Positions 27,401-38,778 of a stretch of 64,000 bases of DNA are shown here, piece by piece. A model generated the notes under the pieces. The model was not told the DNA's origin. It searched no databases and saw only the letters and a list, made by a program, of their open reading frames with translations. Position numbers and translations under genes: made by a program. The stretch is from assembly GCF_022045235.1 (NCBI RefSeq), contig NW_027266275.1:16864001-16928000 (forward strand), written 5' to 3'. Origin of the DNA: Haliotis cracherodii. Lineage: Eukaryota. The first letter of the stretch is position 1; the number at the start of each line of letters is the position of its first letter.

Positions 27401-27860
27401 AATTTGATTTGCATATTTCAGTTTATTTAATGCATATTTTATGCAAACATGCAGCTGATCTTGAGCTCTGCAATTCTCAATAAAAAGTTATTTTATTATT
27501 GCCGAGTCTCATCAGTTTAATGTTGTTCATAACCCTCCCCCCTTATGAACATGATCAACTTGTCATGTTTGTTTCTCTTTGACCATAACAACTCCTTGAG
27601 TGTGATATCATTGTCAGTAATCTATCACTACAATTTCAGTTATCTACACCCCATCCCAAGATCAACTGACCCAGGTAGGGTGTGGTGAACCGCCTCCCGC
27701 TTACGACTCCCTTGTACTGATGCCCCTCCCTCCTGGTCACCCTCGAGTCATCTTGGACTCGGATGGAGGATCGGAATCTGACCCAACAATTATGGTCCTG
27801 CCTCCCAAGTACGATGACATAGCTGATCCCCTGCCGCCTTACATAGAGGACAGACCTTGA
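24413..27860 (+). CDS. Uncharacterised 203-aa two-transmembrane protein with C-terminal PY motifs (PPAY, PPKY, LPPY)
   Basis: Coding exons 24413-24677, 26085-26210 and 27640-27860 are joined by phase-1 GT-AG introns into an open 612-nt CDS. Hydrophobic segments MVIGFICAACVGFIMFILGSIFI and ATIMLCVMGMVCGLIIVVGTIILGKLFI, basic RKWRK, then EPPPAYD...LPPKYDD..PLPPY. aaaATGG start context. Confidence 0.85.
24921..25140 (+). mobile_element. SINE-like family B copy (intronic)
   Basis: gacccctgatgatatgggttagaattggtcttcatcaaccc...atttacagaccgccatcgtataactggaataatgctgag. Confidence 0.75.
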
Positions 27861-29120
27861 TGATGGTCTGTCACGGAGCTGGGAGACGTCACTGATCTGC
27901 TGAAATTTGATAGGGCCACTTGGAGAACCTATGTGTTTGTCCTTGTATTGCTGTCTTGCTATGCAGGGCCACATGTGGCCCAGTTGTCTAAGTTGATGTG
28001 ATTAAACCCAACTCACTCACTGTCCTGCTTTGCTGATTTGGCAGTGTTCAAATCCACATGTAGTCATAGTGTAGTGCAGTCTGTGTCTAATTTTTAACTT
28101 TTTTTAGCCTGAACTTGTCTTTTGGCATTTTAGTCTTGATGCAGGAACACTTGTTAGATCATGTAGATGAGCTTACTGAACTGAAAGTGTTTATGAGACT
28201 CAGGTTTCGCTACTATTTGATAATGGTAAACATTGTTTTGGGTTGTATGAATTTAAAATTAGAAAAAAAAGTATGTTGTTTTGTATCAATGTACATTTGG
28301 ATTTTTGTTTTTTTGACGATACATAACACACCGGTAGGGTAAATGTCTATTGTTTATTGTGAGGACCTTTCGTTTTCAAAAGATCATTTCAGCATCCTGA
28401 CACATATCTGTATTTTGGTAGTATCCTCTTTTGGATATAACTTATCTACTGTCTGTCAATGGACTTCTTATTTCAATTTCATGGGTAAAGTAAATCATAT
28501 TAATGGACATGTGGAGGACAGCAGGACAAACAGTGGGGACAAGCACCTGGTTTCTCCAAGTTTTAATGTTTCTGTTTTCCTGTATTTTCTTCACTGACTG
28601 TAAACACTATGAGTCATCAAGAGGTAGGTCGTGTTTGTGTGGACTGCAAATCATTGAATACTGTAATGAAGTCTTTTGTACATTTATGCATTATGTTTAT
28701 GAGTTTGATGCATCAACACAAAATTATTTTGGGTTTGGTTCAGCTTTAATATCACAATATCAGAGTGAGCTTTTGTCGTTGGTTTGTCTGTTCACAACTC
28801 TCATCTTTTGATTGGTCTTCATTCCACAATATTATTCTCTTGAACTCCAGATTAAAAAGGACTCCAGATTGAAAACAATTGGCCATTATCTATGGGCCAA
28901 ATTGTTACTCGATATGTCATGTTATTCCATCTGGTATCTGTAGCATATTAAAGTGTTGAAATATACACTAAGCTTGAGAATAAGCGGAACTAAAAATCTT
29001 TTTTATTTTTTAACCATTTATCTATTTTACACCTGGTTTGCAGGATGTCATTGATCTGTTTGAAATTAACTCAGTATGTGTCACTGTATCAGGAAACACA
29101 GGTGGCTCCATTGTCTAAGG

Positions 29121-29285
29121 GGGCAGGTAAGGTAGCCAAGTGGTTAAAGCGTTCGCTCTTCACACCGAAGACCCGGGTTCGATTCCTGACATGGGTACAA
29201 TGTGTGAATCCCATTTCTGGTGTCCCCCGCCGTGATATTGTTGAAATATTGCTTAAAAAATGGCGTAAAACGATACTGACACATA
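29121..29285 (+). mobile_element. tRNA-derived SINE family A
   Basis: A box tagccaagtggttaa, B box ggttcgattcc. TSD gtctaagg at 29113-29120 and 29286-29293. Confidence 0.88.
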
Positions 29286-31943
29286 GTCTAAGGACGGATA
29301 TCAATGTGCTTGTCGTGGTCTGTGTTCCTCAATACTGTGTTACAATTACTGTGATCATATCAAATCATCATATACATGATATCAACTGTATTGACGTATT
29401 GTCAACATACTGCACAAGAATTCCCTACAAAGAAGGAACACAATCATTTGTTTCAGTAGTAGTAATCGGAACTACATTCCTGATTTTACGTCATTCGTGC
29501 TGTTATTGCCCGACTCGTGTTTATCGTCTCAGTGCTGAAGCATGGTAATTAGTGGCTTGTCATGAACGGTATTTGTTAATTTAGTCAGAATTTTGTAAAT
29601 ATTCACTAGTTAATATTTAAAATTCCACGCCATATTTTCTGATTGTTTCCACTGTTATGGGTGGTGAGGGATGTTCTGTACACGTGGTGTATGTGCTGCT
29701 AAGAACCATGATAGGTTGGCTTGTTTGCTACATATTGTTTATGATGTGATATGATTTTTGTTAGCTGTTGCTTCCTCTTAATCCAGAAGTGGGCCAAGTT
29801 TGAGTTATTGCTTGTATTATATGTATATATGGGGCTTTTTTATACACTTGATTTGGCTTACTGATCTTATCTGCATTTTGATGTTGGTAAATGCTGTTAT
29901 CCTCTGGATGGTTTAAATATCAAATATGCTTTAGCATACTCTGATTATGTAATTATCTTGCCAATTTATATAAGTATCTGTTATTTATGTTGTGAGGATA
30001 TAGACTTGTTAGACAATATCAGAAATTGCATGTGAGCCTGCAATCAGTGTTGCATAATTTCAGTAATTATTTTCTGAACATTATCTTTATTCCCTTTTAG
30101 GTGTATAATAGCACAGGATTAGTAAAATGTTGTTGACAACAGCATCTTGAGAAGTGATACATGTGTACTACATTTTTTAATTTGCCTCACAAAAATATGA
30201 GTTTACATCGCAAAAGAATATTGCATAGAACATGGATATTGTGTCCTAATCACTTTTGACATGGCGATGAACTTATACATATCCTACTATTAGGATTATC
30301 ATGATAAGTGAAATGTATTAAGAACATTTATGGTCTAAATGGTCACTTGTCCCTGTGCCTTGGACATACACTTTTATGATAGTTTTAAAACTTACCATCC
30401 ATGACATTTGCCCCATGGCATGGGGGTAGCTCCACTGTCAAAGCATTAGCTTGTCGTAGACAGATTGTGATTTATCTGCAACATCACTTATTAACCTCTT
30501 TCTTGTGATAATACGGAAGAAATCCATTTTGTGGTTATTTTATCACATGGCTATTTTTTTGTACTCTGTGCATATAATTCAGTTGGAAGATATGGATATG
30601 ATCAGACCCATCTGACGTGAAGGGGATATGTGTTCATGTTAAGTGAGTCAGGGTTGTCAGTCATATGGGTTTTCATGTTTTACCTCTTCTTACTGCTTGA
30701 GAGATTGAGCTGAAATAATTTGGCGTTCCTGACCATTACACTCTGAAATGTTTCCAAGTTGTTTTTTATAAGACTACAAAGAGTACAATTATTGATTACT
30801 TAAGAAATATTTGAGCTCTTCCTCTACAAATCCCAAAGAAAGAATATTTATTTTATGAATGCACAAGCTTGTTTCATTTTGTGTTGAGGATGAAATTGAT
30901 CTGATGTGTACCATGGGTAGGTCAGGATTACTTCTTGCAACTTCAATTTCGCTACCAAAAGTTCAAATATAGACAAAAAGTGTTACTGGGGTACCTTCCA
31001 TAATGAATACAACTTTTCGAGGAATTTCATATTTGGGATTCCAAAGTAACATGAGATTTTCAGCTGGACAGTATATTTGACAAATTATGATTCCCGTCAA
31101 GAAAGCGTGTTTGTCCAAATGCTCTGCACCTATTTATCATCATTTCAATATAAATAACATAGTTTGGGCTGTCACCATTCTAATCTACATCAGCTTAAAT
31201 AGTGAGCTTCATTAAAGGAAATATATTTAAAGAAGGTTTTGTAATTAAATACCAGATAAGTAATAACTTTTAAATCCTTTTGATATTTAAGAATAACTTT
31301 GATGGTTTTTATAAAAACAGGAAAGGCAAACCCTGGTTTGTTCTATGTAAAATGTTTACAACTTCAAGTTTCACCACACCTCTGAAGGTTTTTCAGTTGT
31401 GATAAGATAAATTGATTTTAATTACTTCTCAGTAATCATTTGTAAATAGGTGTATATATCATGTAAAGTAATTCACTTACATTGTACTGGTAATTATTTA
31501 GGCAATGTATTCATTTTCTATGTTAATGTATTATATACATGGACTTTACATTATTGAATCAATGCATATCTATGACGATTATTTCATTTTGTATTTATGG
31601 TTATGTTCTTTTGTTTCTATAATGATACTTATATTGAGGAACTATAGAACAAACAGGTTCTCTCCTTTCAATCATTGTTAGATTTGACACAGTTTCCCAG
31701 CCAAATGTATTGACATTCTATATCAGGATGATCGATATGCACATTGTCAATCAAAAATTGTTAATTTCTTGAATTAAAAGCCTGAATTATTGATGTGTGA
31801 AAACATTATGGAGGGACTAGCCTCAAGTCGTTCATCTTTTAGTTTGTCTGCTAGTCCATATTATGTTATGCTGATGTTTGCCCTGATTATGCACAAAGAA
31901 TGTCCCAAGTTAAAAAATGGCACTAATTACAACATCAAGGACA

Positions 31944-32052
31944 GGGTCCCATTCAACAAAGTCATCACAGTGCTATGATTGTTGAATGCCTATGTTATAG
32001 TATAGGAGTTATGATCGTCTTAGTGCTAAGATTGCTTTGGGGGTTGGGACCC
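31944..32052. mobile_element. Short palindromic MITE (~110 bp)
   Basis: Inverted ends gggtcccattcaacaaag ... ctttgggggttgggaccc, with imperfect pairing throughout. Confidence 0.55.
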
Positions 32053-32215
32053 ATGACAGGAAATGGGTTGCGGCTGTGGAGCTAGTCCTTTAACATCAGA
32101 TCTCTACTTGATAGATAGTTAGAGTATATACATGATTCATATTAACAAGGTGAGAAATTAACGCTAGCACAAATTCCTTGGGGCTAGTCCAAATTTCCAA
32201 ATTTACCCATTGTTT

Positions 32216-32327
32216 ATTTATGGATGAACAACTTCTTTATTACAATGTAAGAGCGCCGTTTCGGTGTAGGTTCTAACACTGTTATCAAGCTCTTAAATTG
32301 TAATAAAGAAGTTGTTCATCCATAAAT
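32216..32327 (-). mobile_element. Foldback (39-bp arms, 1 mismatch) enclosing a minimal hammerhead-like core; probable Penelope-like element remnant
   Basis: Arms at 32216-32254 and 32289-32327. The minus-strand loop reads TTGATAA-C-AGTGT-tagaacct-ACACC-GAAA-CGGC, followed by AATAAA. Confidence 0.6.
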
Positions 32328-34329
32328 TCTTATCCTTACTTATTACTCCAACTTCTAAATGCCTATCAAAGAAGAAATTACAAAGGCAATTTATCTTTAC
32401 CTGGGCAAGTCAAACTTTTGATTTTAGTTCTAAGCCTGCATATACTCAAATATTATTCCTTTAGTAGATATTGGTTTCCACAGAGCAATAATGTTCAGAA
32501 TGGCAAAATTGCCGATATGGCACAAAATAATTATCACACACTTGATGAAGGGCATTTCTGTTATTATTCCAGAGGTACCATATGTAACAGGAACAATCAT
32601 AACAAAGTCATTAACTTAGATAGTTTATTTTATATGTTATTTTATTCAAACAGATTTTAACATTGATGACCTTACTGTTATTTGTATGTGTATTGGAGTT
32701 TTGAAAGCATGAATATGTTGATAGTGTTCCCGATTGCCCTACTGTCATGTATAGAAATAGTTGTGTATTTTGAGATAGTTCCTTGGGTTTTATTCAAAAT
32801 TGCATAAAAGTTTCGTGGAAATGTTTCATGTTTTCGTTCAACTGTTTTATTAATGTTTGTGAATTTTGTACACAAATACGTTTTGTACAAGTGTTTTAAG
32901 TTTTGTAATTTATAAATATTTATTTGGTACTGATTGTGATCCAGTAATTTAAATTGTAGTGTTGATTCTGTCTTTGTCCTGTGTGCACTGAGCATAATAA
33001 AGAGTTCTGATTAAGGTCTAAACATGGTTATGGAAACAATAAAATATTCTGAATTTTTACTATTTCTATTGATTCAGTTTTTAAAATGTAACTGCAATTC
33101 ATTGAACAGTGTAAATATTTAGGTTATCATGTAAGAAATTACTTTTATTTGAAGTTTGTTTGAAAGGGTTTTGTTAGTTTGCATCATTCTTTAAATTGCG
33201 TTTGTGTCTGAAGCTTGAGAAATATGTAATTCAGGTGTCAAATAAATATCCTAGAGGGATTGTTAATGAATGTATCTTCTGAGCTGACAACATTCAGTCT
33301 TTTACTTTGTCTTTCATTTCAGTTTAAACAAATGTGCTATGGTAATAAAGTATTTGACCTTTGTGTAAATGGCATCTTTTGTATTTTTTACTGTTTCAGC
33401 AATATTGCTTGGGCAGGAAAGGAGGGTTGTTATTCGAGGAAAGATGTTAGTGAGTGAATGTTGTTCTATAGTTTCAGTCAACTACATGGTCGCTACAATG
33501 CAGCAGCCTGTAAATAAATGGGTCTTATCCAGGCAAACCAGTTGCTGACTGCTGGGGCAATGTCCCACATCAAGGGGTTGTGATGACACACTACAGTCAG
33601 GTCACCATTGTGACCACTGGATACTTGTCTCAGTCTGCAGAGGGTGCAGGGGACCTATTCTGATGGGGGAATGGCCTTAAAGATGGATGAGACTCCACTT
33701 ACATGTTATCTGTTTGAATCATGGCAAAGGAACTACACTTTACTCAATAAGACTTATCTAGACTTCCGGCTCTGGCTCATCTGAGATTTATTATCAATTT
33801 AAATCTACCCAGTTTTTATGAGGGAACTGAGAATGAATTGGGGGAGCACTGATAAACTGACAGGGGTCAAAGTGCACTTTGAACATGACCTCCAGCATGG
33901 AAAAAGCACCATGCAAATGGATTATTATTATTACTAGTATGATGCTGCTGCTGCTGATATTGTATCCAGTATGTTTGAGCCCAGAAGTGTCTCACACACT
34001 GATAATACTGCATGTGAGTCTGTTCTTCACCTGCTCAGTGGCCAAGTGATCATAACAGCACGATTAGGTTGTGCAGAGTTGTGTGTCTAAGCAGGAAGGC
34101 TTCGATGCATGTGATTTTGCATGGAATCATTTTCATCCCGTTTGTCATACCCGTAACATCTGTACTAAAGTGATATACATTTACTATATGATCACTGGGG
34201 TTCTTCTGATTTTACACTCTGTGAAATGTGATATGTGGTGGAAATCCTAAATCAATTACTCATTGACTCTTCAATAACTACCTCACTTCGATATCCACTT
34301 TGTGCACTTTATACTGCTTCGATTGTATT

Positions 34330-34342
34330 CGCCATCTACTGG
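34330..34342 (-). promoter_or_regulatory. CTCF-like motif
   Basis: Minus strand CCAGTAGATGGCG matches the core consensus CCASYAGRKGGCR. Motif match only. Confidence 0.35.
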
Positions 34343-34511
34343 TCGCAAATACATACTAAATCTTCTTAAGAAAAAAAATGTCAGTCAAAAAGAGTCCGTT
34401 GTACGATTCCGACTATAGCATGAGCATGTGTTTATGAATCGCTATCAAATAGTGATGATACCAGGTGTCTTCGAAGAGGTGGGCGTATCCTGCCCCACCA
34501 ATATTTGCTTG

Positions 34512-34785
34512 TGACGTCACTATATGATATTGTTATGTCACATTATAACAGTTGTCAATTCAGGCATCATTATCCAAGTAACAGTTTTGCAAATGATGAG
34601 GTGCGACTTCAAAACATCAATAAAACAATATATCTCGCGGAAGGAGAGGCTGTTCAAAATGGAATGCATTCGTCTGCACTCGCCCCTTTCCGTAACCTGC
34701 AATTCGGCCCTTCCGGAATAACACGAGTTGGTCACGAATTAATGCAATGGTATAGAGTCAGTGACGTCACTGTATTATGACGTCA
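34512..34785 (+). promoter_or_regulatory. CRE cluster upstream of tandem gene copy 1
   Basis: Perfect TGACGTCA at 34512, 34762 and 34778. Equivalent sites lie upstream of copies 2 and 3 despite divergence of the surrounding DNA. Confidence 0.65.
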
Positions 34786-34871
34786 TGTTATTGTGTCGTC
34801 ACGTAATTATCTCGCCCATATTCATTGAGACTCGCCGTGCTTTTTAGCGATGGCAAAGATATCTGTCTAAA

Positions 34872-35519
34872 ATGGGATGCAAACAGACCAAGGTTAAGCC
34901 TTTCAAGCAGACATCTCCTGAGGAGGCTCTGACGGGCAAGATCAACTGTCCTCACGAGCTGTACTACGCCAAGTGTCAGGTGACACCGCCCACACCCCGA
35001 CTATCAGGGACGGAGATTCTTCAACAGTTACGAGACGAGGGCTTGGTCCCCGACCGTCAGGCCAGCGGAGGAGTTGCCTTCTCTGTCCCTGCAGTGGAGG
35101 GGGTTGTTCCCCGTGGCAGAGCTCCCCGTCGTCTGGAGCAAATCCCAGTGCGATGCTTCTACACAGCTGAGTTGAGGAGACAGAAGGCTGATCTATTCCG
35201 ATTTGACAGGTAAAATCTTTAGAACGAAGACTGTAAACACTGAAAACGTTTAAATAACTAAGCGCCCATTTGTCTTGATCTCCCAATTTCTTAAGGATCT
35301 AATTCATGATTGCATGTTTTTGTGTACAGGTTGGTAGAACAAGTCCAGAGGAAACAACTGGACAGAGAAATAAAGCACAAAGCTGTCAAGGACGAGAAGA
35401 AACGTCGCGAGTTTATCAAGAAAATGAAGGCTGAGTATCAGCTTCAGGCGAGGGAAGAGAAACTGAAGAGGCTGGAGGAAGAGCGGGCATCTGTGAAGAA
35501 GAAGGCAGCCAAGAAGTAG
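34872..35519 (+). CDS. STMND1/CCDC198-like N-acylated coiled-coil protein, copy 1 (175 aa)
   Basis: Exons 34872-35209 and 35330-35519, phase-2 GT-AG intron. MGC start (myristoylation/palmitoylation-type). RLSGTEILQQLRDEGLV..GGVAFSV...RAPRRLEQI resembles, from memory, the STMND1/CCDC198 conserved block. Lys/Glu/Arg coiled-coil tail. Family call is unverified. Confidence 0.8.
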
Positions 35520-36775
35520 ACTAAGAGGAGCGAACGGAGTTGATGGTTGTGAGGATGTTGAGAACAGCGGATGATGCAAATAAATGACGAACATTAGTTC
35601 TCACTGAAAAAAATGAACAAAAGTAAAAAAGAACAAAAGAAAAGCAGCAGGCCAAGCGAAACAGGAAGCCGGAAGATGCAGTTGAAGGGGATACAGATCA
35701 TACGAATGCAGTGTGACATTCAGGAAATCCTTTAGTTTTTTTCCTAGGAGCTCATTCAAAATGTTCAGTTTATGTACATATCTAATGTAACATAGTACAG
35801 TCATATAACGCATGGATAATGTGTAAATACAATGCTTTTGTTTCATACCTTGTTGATGTTATGAGATGGATTGCTTTTAGTAATAAAATTGTTTCCGAAC
35901 ACATGTTATACATGACAGTTTTCTTAGGATAGTAGTCGGAATCGTAGAATGGACTGTGCTTTTACCAGATATTTCTTGTTATTATGGAAAAGGTATTTAT
36001 TTATTTATCTATTTATTTATTTAATTATAACCTAGTTCCAATGTTATTGAGATGCTTAGGGAGTTCTGTGAGAAGATAATACATGGGATAACCTAGTTCC
36101 AATGTTATTGAGATGCTTAGGGAGTTCTGTGAGAAGACAATACAGGGGTTAACATGTGTAGGTCATGGAACATAATATCAAGCTTTTAGCGTGTCTGTGG
36201 GTCTCTTGGTTCTCGACAACATCCGATTAGAGTGAGTGAGTGAGTGAGTGAATACTTTTATAACATACAGTTTTAATAAAGGTAACTTTTACTCAAGCCA
36301 GGGAGCCAGGATAGTTATCAAACAGACACCATATTCCTGCTGACGAAAGCTTTACTATCGCTGTAGGGGTCGTTGTCGGTACGACAGTTCGCGTTCAATT
36401 TCAGAACACCTGGGCTACCCCGATGAACACCGTTGACCAAGGTATGACCCAATTTACCTTTGGTTGACCAGTGTTAGCACATGTTAACTGGTTGACGTCA
36501 TGCTTGACCAAAGTTGCCTATCGCTAATGAACCCGCGGGGTCCGGTACTCTGGGTAGGAGCCTCCAAATGAGGTAGTGACGTCATCGTTAAAGGCAATAG
36601 TTTCATTTATTGAATCAATCATGAATAAAAGCATCTTAATGAAAATAAGTAACTAGGAGATTATAGTATATATGTAATCAGAGAAATTAAAATTTTCGAT
36701 TGTTGATATACACGTGAAGATACTTTAGATAATGTTGCATCTCTGTGGGATGTTCTACTCGTAATGTCTGAATGC

Positions 36776-36958
36776 CAAACGCCGCACCCAGCAATATTCC
36801 AGCTACATGACGGCTGTCTGTAAATAATCGAGTCTGGACCAGACAATCCAGTGATTGACATGAGCCGAGTCAATCCACGCAATTGGGATACGATGACACG
36901 CATCAACCAAGCTAGCGGGTCTGACCACCCGATCCCGTTAGTCGCCTCTTACGACAAG
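36776..36958 (-). mobile_element. SINE-like family B copy (duplicated at 41811-41993)
   Basis: aacgccgcacccagcaatattccagct...cccgttagtcgcctcttacgacaagc. Confidence 0.85.
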
Positions 36959-36959
36959 C

Positions 36960-38045
36960 TTACGACGGCTTCATCCATATTTCTCAACCGACAAAGTAAA
37001 CAAAATCCTGTAGGCTCCCAAATAACCGAACTACTGGAGATGGCTACACCCATACACAACCGCCAAATTATAAAAAAACGAACACGCTGACCAAGCAGCC
37101 AAAGCAGCCAAAGCAGCCCTTAAACTGCCAGAAATAAGCCCAAACTTCCCTATATCCAAAAATGAGATAAGAATCACCGCTAAGGAAAAGATTCCCCCAA
37201 AGTGCCAAACCAAGTACCAAAGCTCAAACTTTAAAATATAACATATGTTCCTAAAGCAACTAAAGAAAATTAAAAACACACCATAAATAAAAAAAAAATT
37301 GACCATGCAATAACCAAACTACAAACAGGCCACACAAAATATAACTCCAATCCACATAAAAAAAAGAAACACAAAACAGGTAAATGCACACACTGCAACC
37401 AACTAGAAACATAAAAGCACGCACTACTACACTTCACGCACTACAAACAACAGAACACGTCATCACTAGACTGCAACACTCAACTTACAGTAGCAACACT
37501 TCTAAATCCGCGTGGATCGATGCTCATATTATTAAGCAGTGGATTGTCTGGTCTAGACTCGATTATTTACAGACCGCCGTCACATAGCTGGAATATTGCT
37601 GAGTGCGGCGTTAAACAACAAATAATAATATAATCTAAATCCGCTGAACGATACACAGATCTTCAAAGCATTAGGCACCTTCCTAATTAAAACAGGCCTA
37701 CCAGGCGTCATGTAATTACCTACAAGCTTAAAACTACCATTAATCTAAAAACTTAAAAACACAAAGACCCCCACCTCTGGTAAAGCTTCCAAATTCCCAA
37801 ATTCTCAAAATTTAATTAAGCAACCCTAACGCCCCCTCACCTTTCGGACATACCCTCCTTGGCAATCTCCCCAATCTCATTAAAATCAAATCTTAGTTCT
37901 CGCTTCCGCTGAACAACTTTGTTCAGCGGTAGCGAAAACTAAGGTCTGACTTTAATGAGATTGGCAATCTCCCTAAATGACATGGCGGGCCCCATGTGCG
38001 TATGCGCATAATGTCGGAAAGCGCACGTAAAATCTCTAATTACTT
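36960..38045 (+). mobile_element. 5'-truncated I/Nimb-like LINE 3' end (RNase H end, Cys/His knuckle, 3' UTR); duplicated at ~41995-43043
   Basis: Plus-strand motifs NEHADQAAKAAL (RNase H end), ITKLQTGH, KCTHCN..TTEHV and LGTFLIKTGL. Interrupted by a family B fragment (37509-37630) and a hairpin MITE. Confidence 0.7.
37872..37963. mobile_element. 92-bp hairpin MITE with 10-bp TSD (Mutator-like TSD length)
   Basis: caatctcattaaaatcaaatcttagttctcgc...gcgaaaactaaggtctgactttaatgagattg, flanked by gcaatctccc at 37862-37871 and 37964-37973. Confidence 0.85.
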
Positions 38046-38253
38046 AGTAACTGTGCAAGTCAAGAGTGTCGCCAGTGGTGACATGTCAAGTACACCTTAA
38101 TTTAACGTGAATTATATAATTATAACATTGTAAGATATTTTCCTTTCAATTTTAGAATTTAAGGGGCACAGGTCATAGGTTCAAACATGTAGGGGTTTAC
38201 TTGAAATCTACAATTCATCTTCCGAGAAACATTCACATTCCATAATAACGCGT

Positions 38254-38778
38254 ACACTAAAAGTACTCACGGAAATGAAAAAAACCTGTTTTTTCGACCT
38301 CAGATCTGAAATAAATGCAGTTAATATACAAAATATGTAAATATTCAAACAACTAAATTAGTACTAATTGGGCCGTGGCACAAATACAGCGTATCAAATG
38401 TTTTTATGCCTTTTTACACGTACAAGTGTGTATAAATGTGAATAAAACAGACTATTGTGAAACAGGGCATAACCAGGTGTAAGTAGATCAAGGTGACCTA
38501 TGACACCTTGACGACAGGTGAGAACAGGTGCATAATGCCTATAGTCTGTTTCTGCTATGTCAATTTGGACTTAAGTTTTATTTTTGAATGTTGAAAGTGC
38601 CGACAATTTACCTCCTGTAAAGTACATTTTGTATTGTTCACTGAGATCAAACTAGCAAATCCAGACTAGTACTTTTCGAGTTGTTTTGGTATTTCGTATT
38701 TACAGCTATGTAACACTTTGTGTCGATTTTTAAATTGAGAAAAACAGTTTTTTTTCATTTCCGTGAGTACTTTAGTGT
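38254..38778. mobile_element. MITE with ~40-bp TIRs (duplicated at ~43251-43724)
   Basis: acactaaaagtactcacggaaatgaaaaaa ... ttttttcatttccgtgagtactttagtgt. Confidence 0.8.

Noticed and set aside
29045-29548. 167-aa ORF, the longest in the track
   Set aside because: It runs through a family A SINE and AT-rich UTR-like sequence, with no domain features.
34942-35846. Antisense ORFs over the tandem gene (114, 96 and 81 aa, repeated in each unit)
   Set aside because: Shadows of the plus-strand CDS and its purine-rich 3' region. Their recurrence only reflects the duplication.
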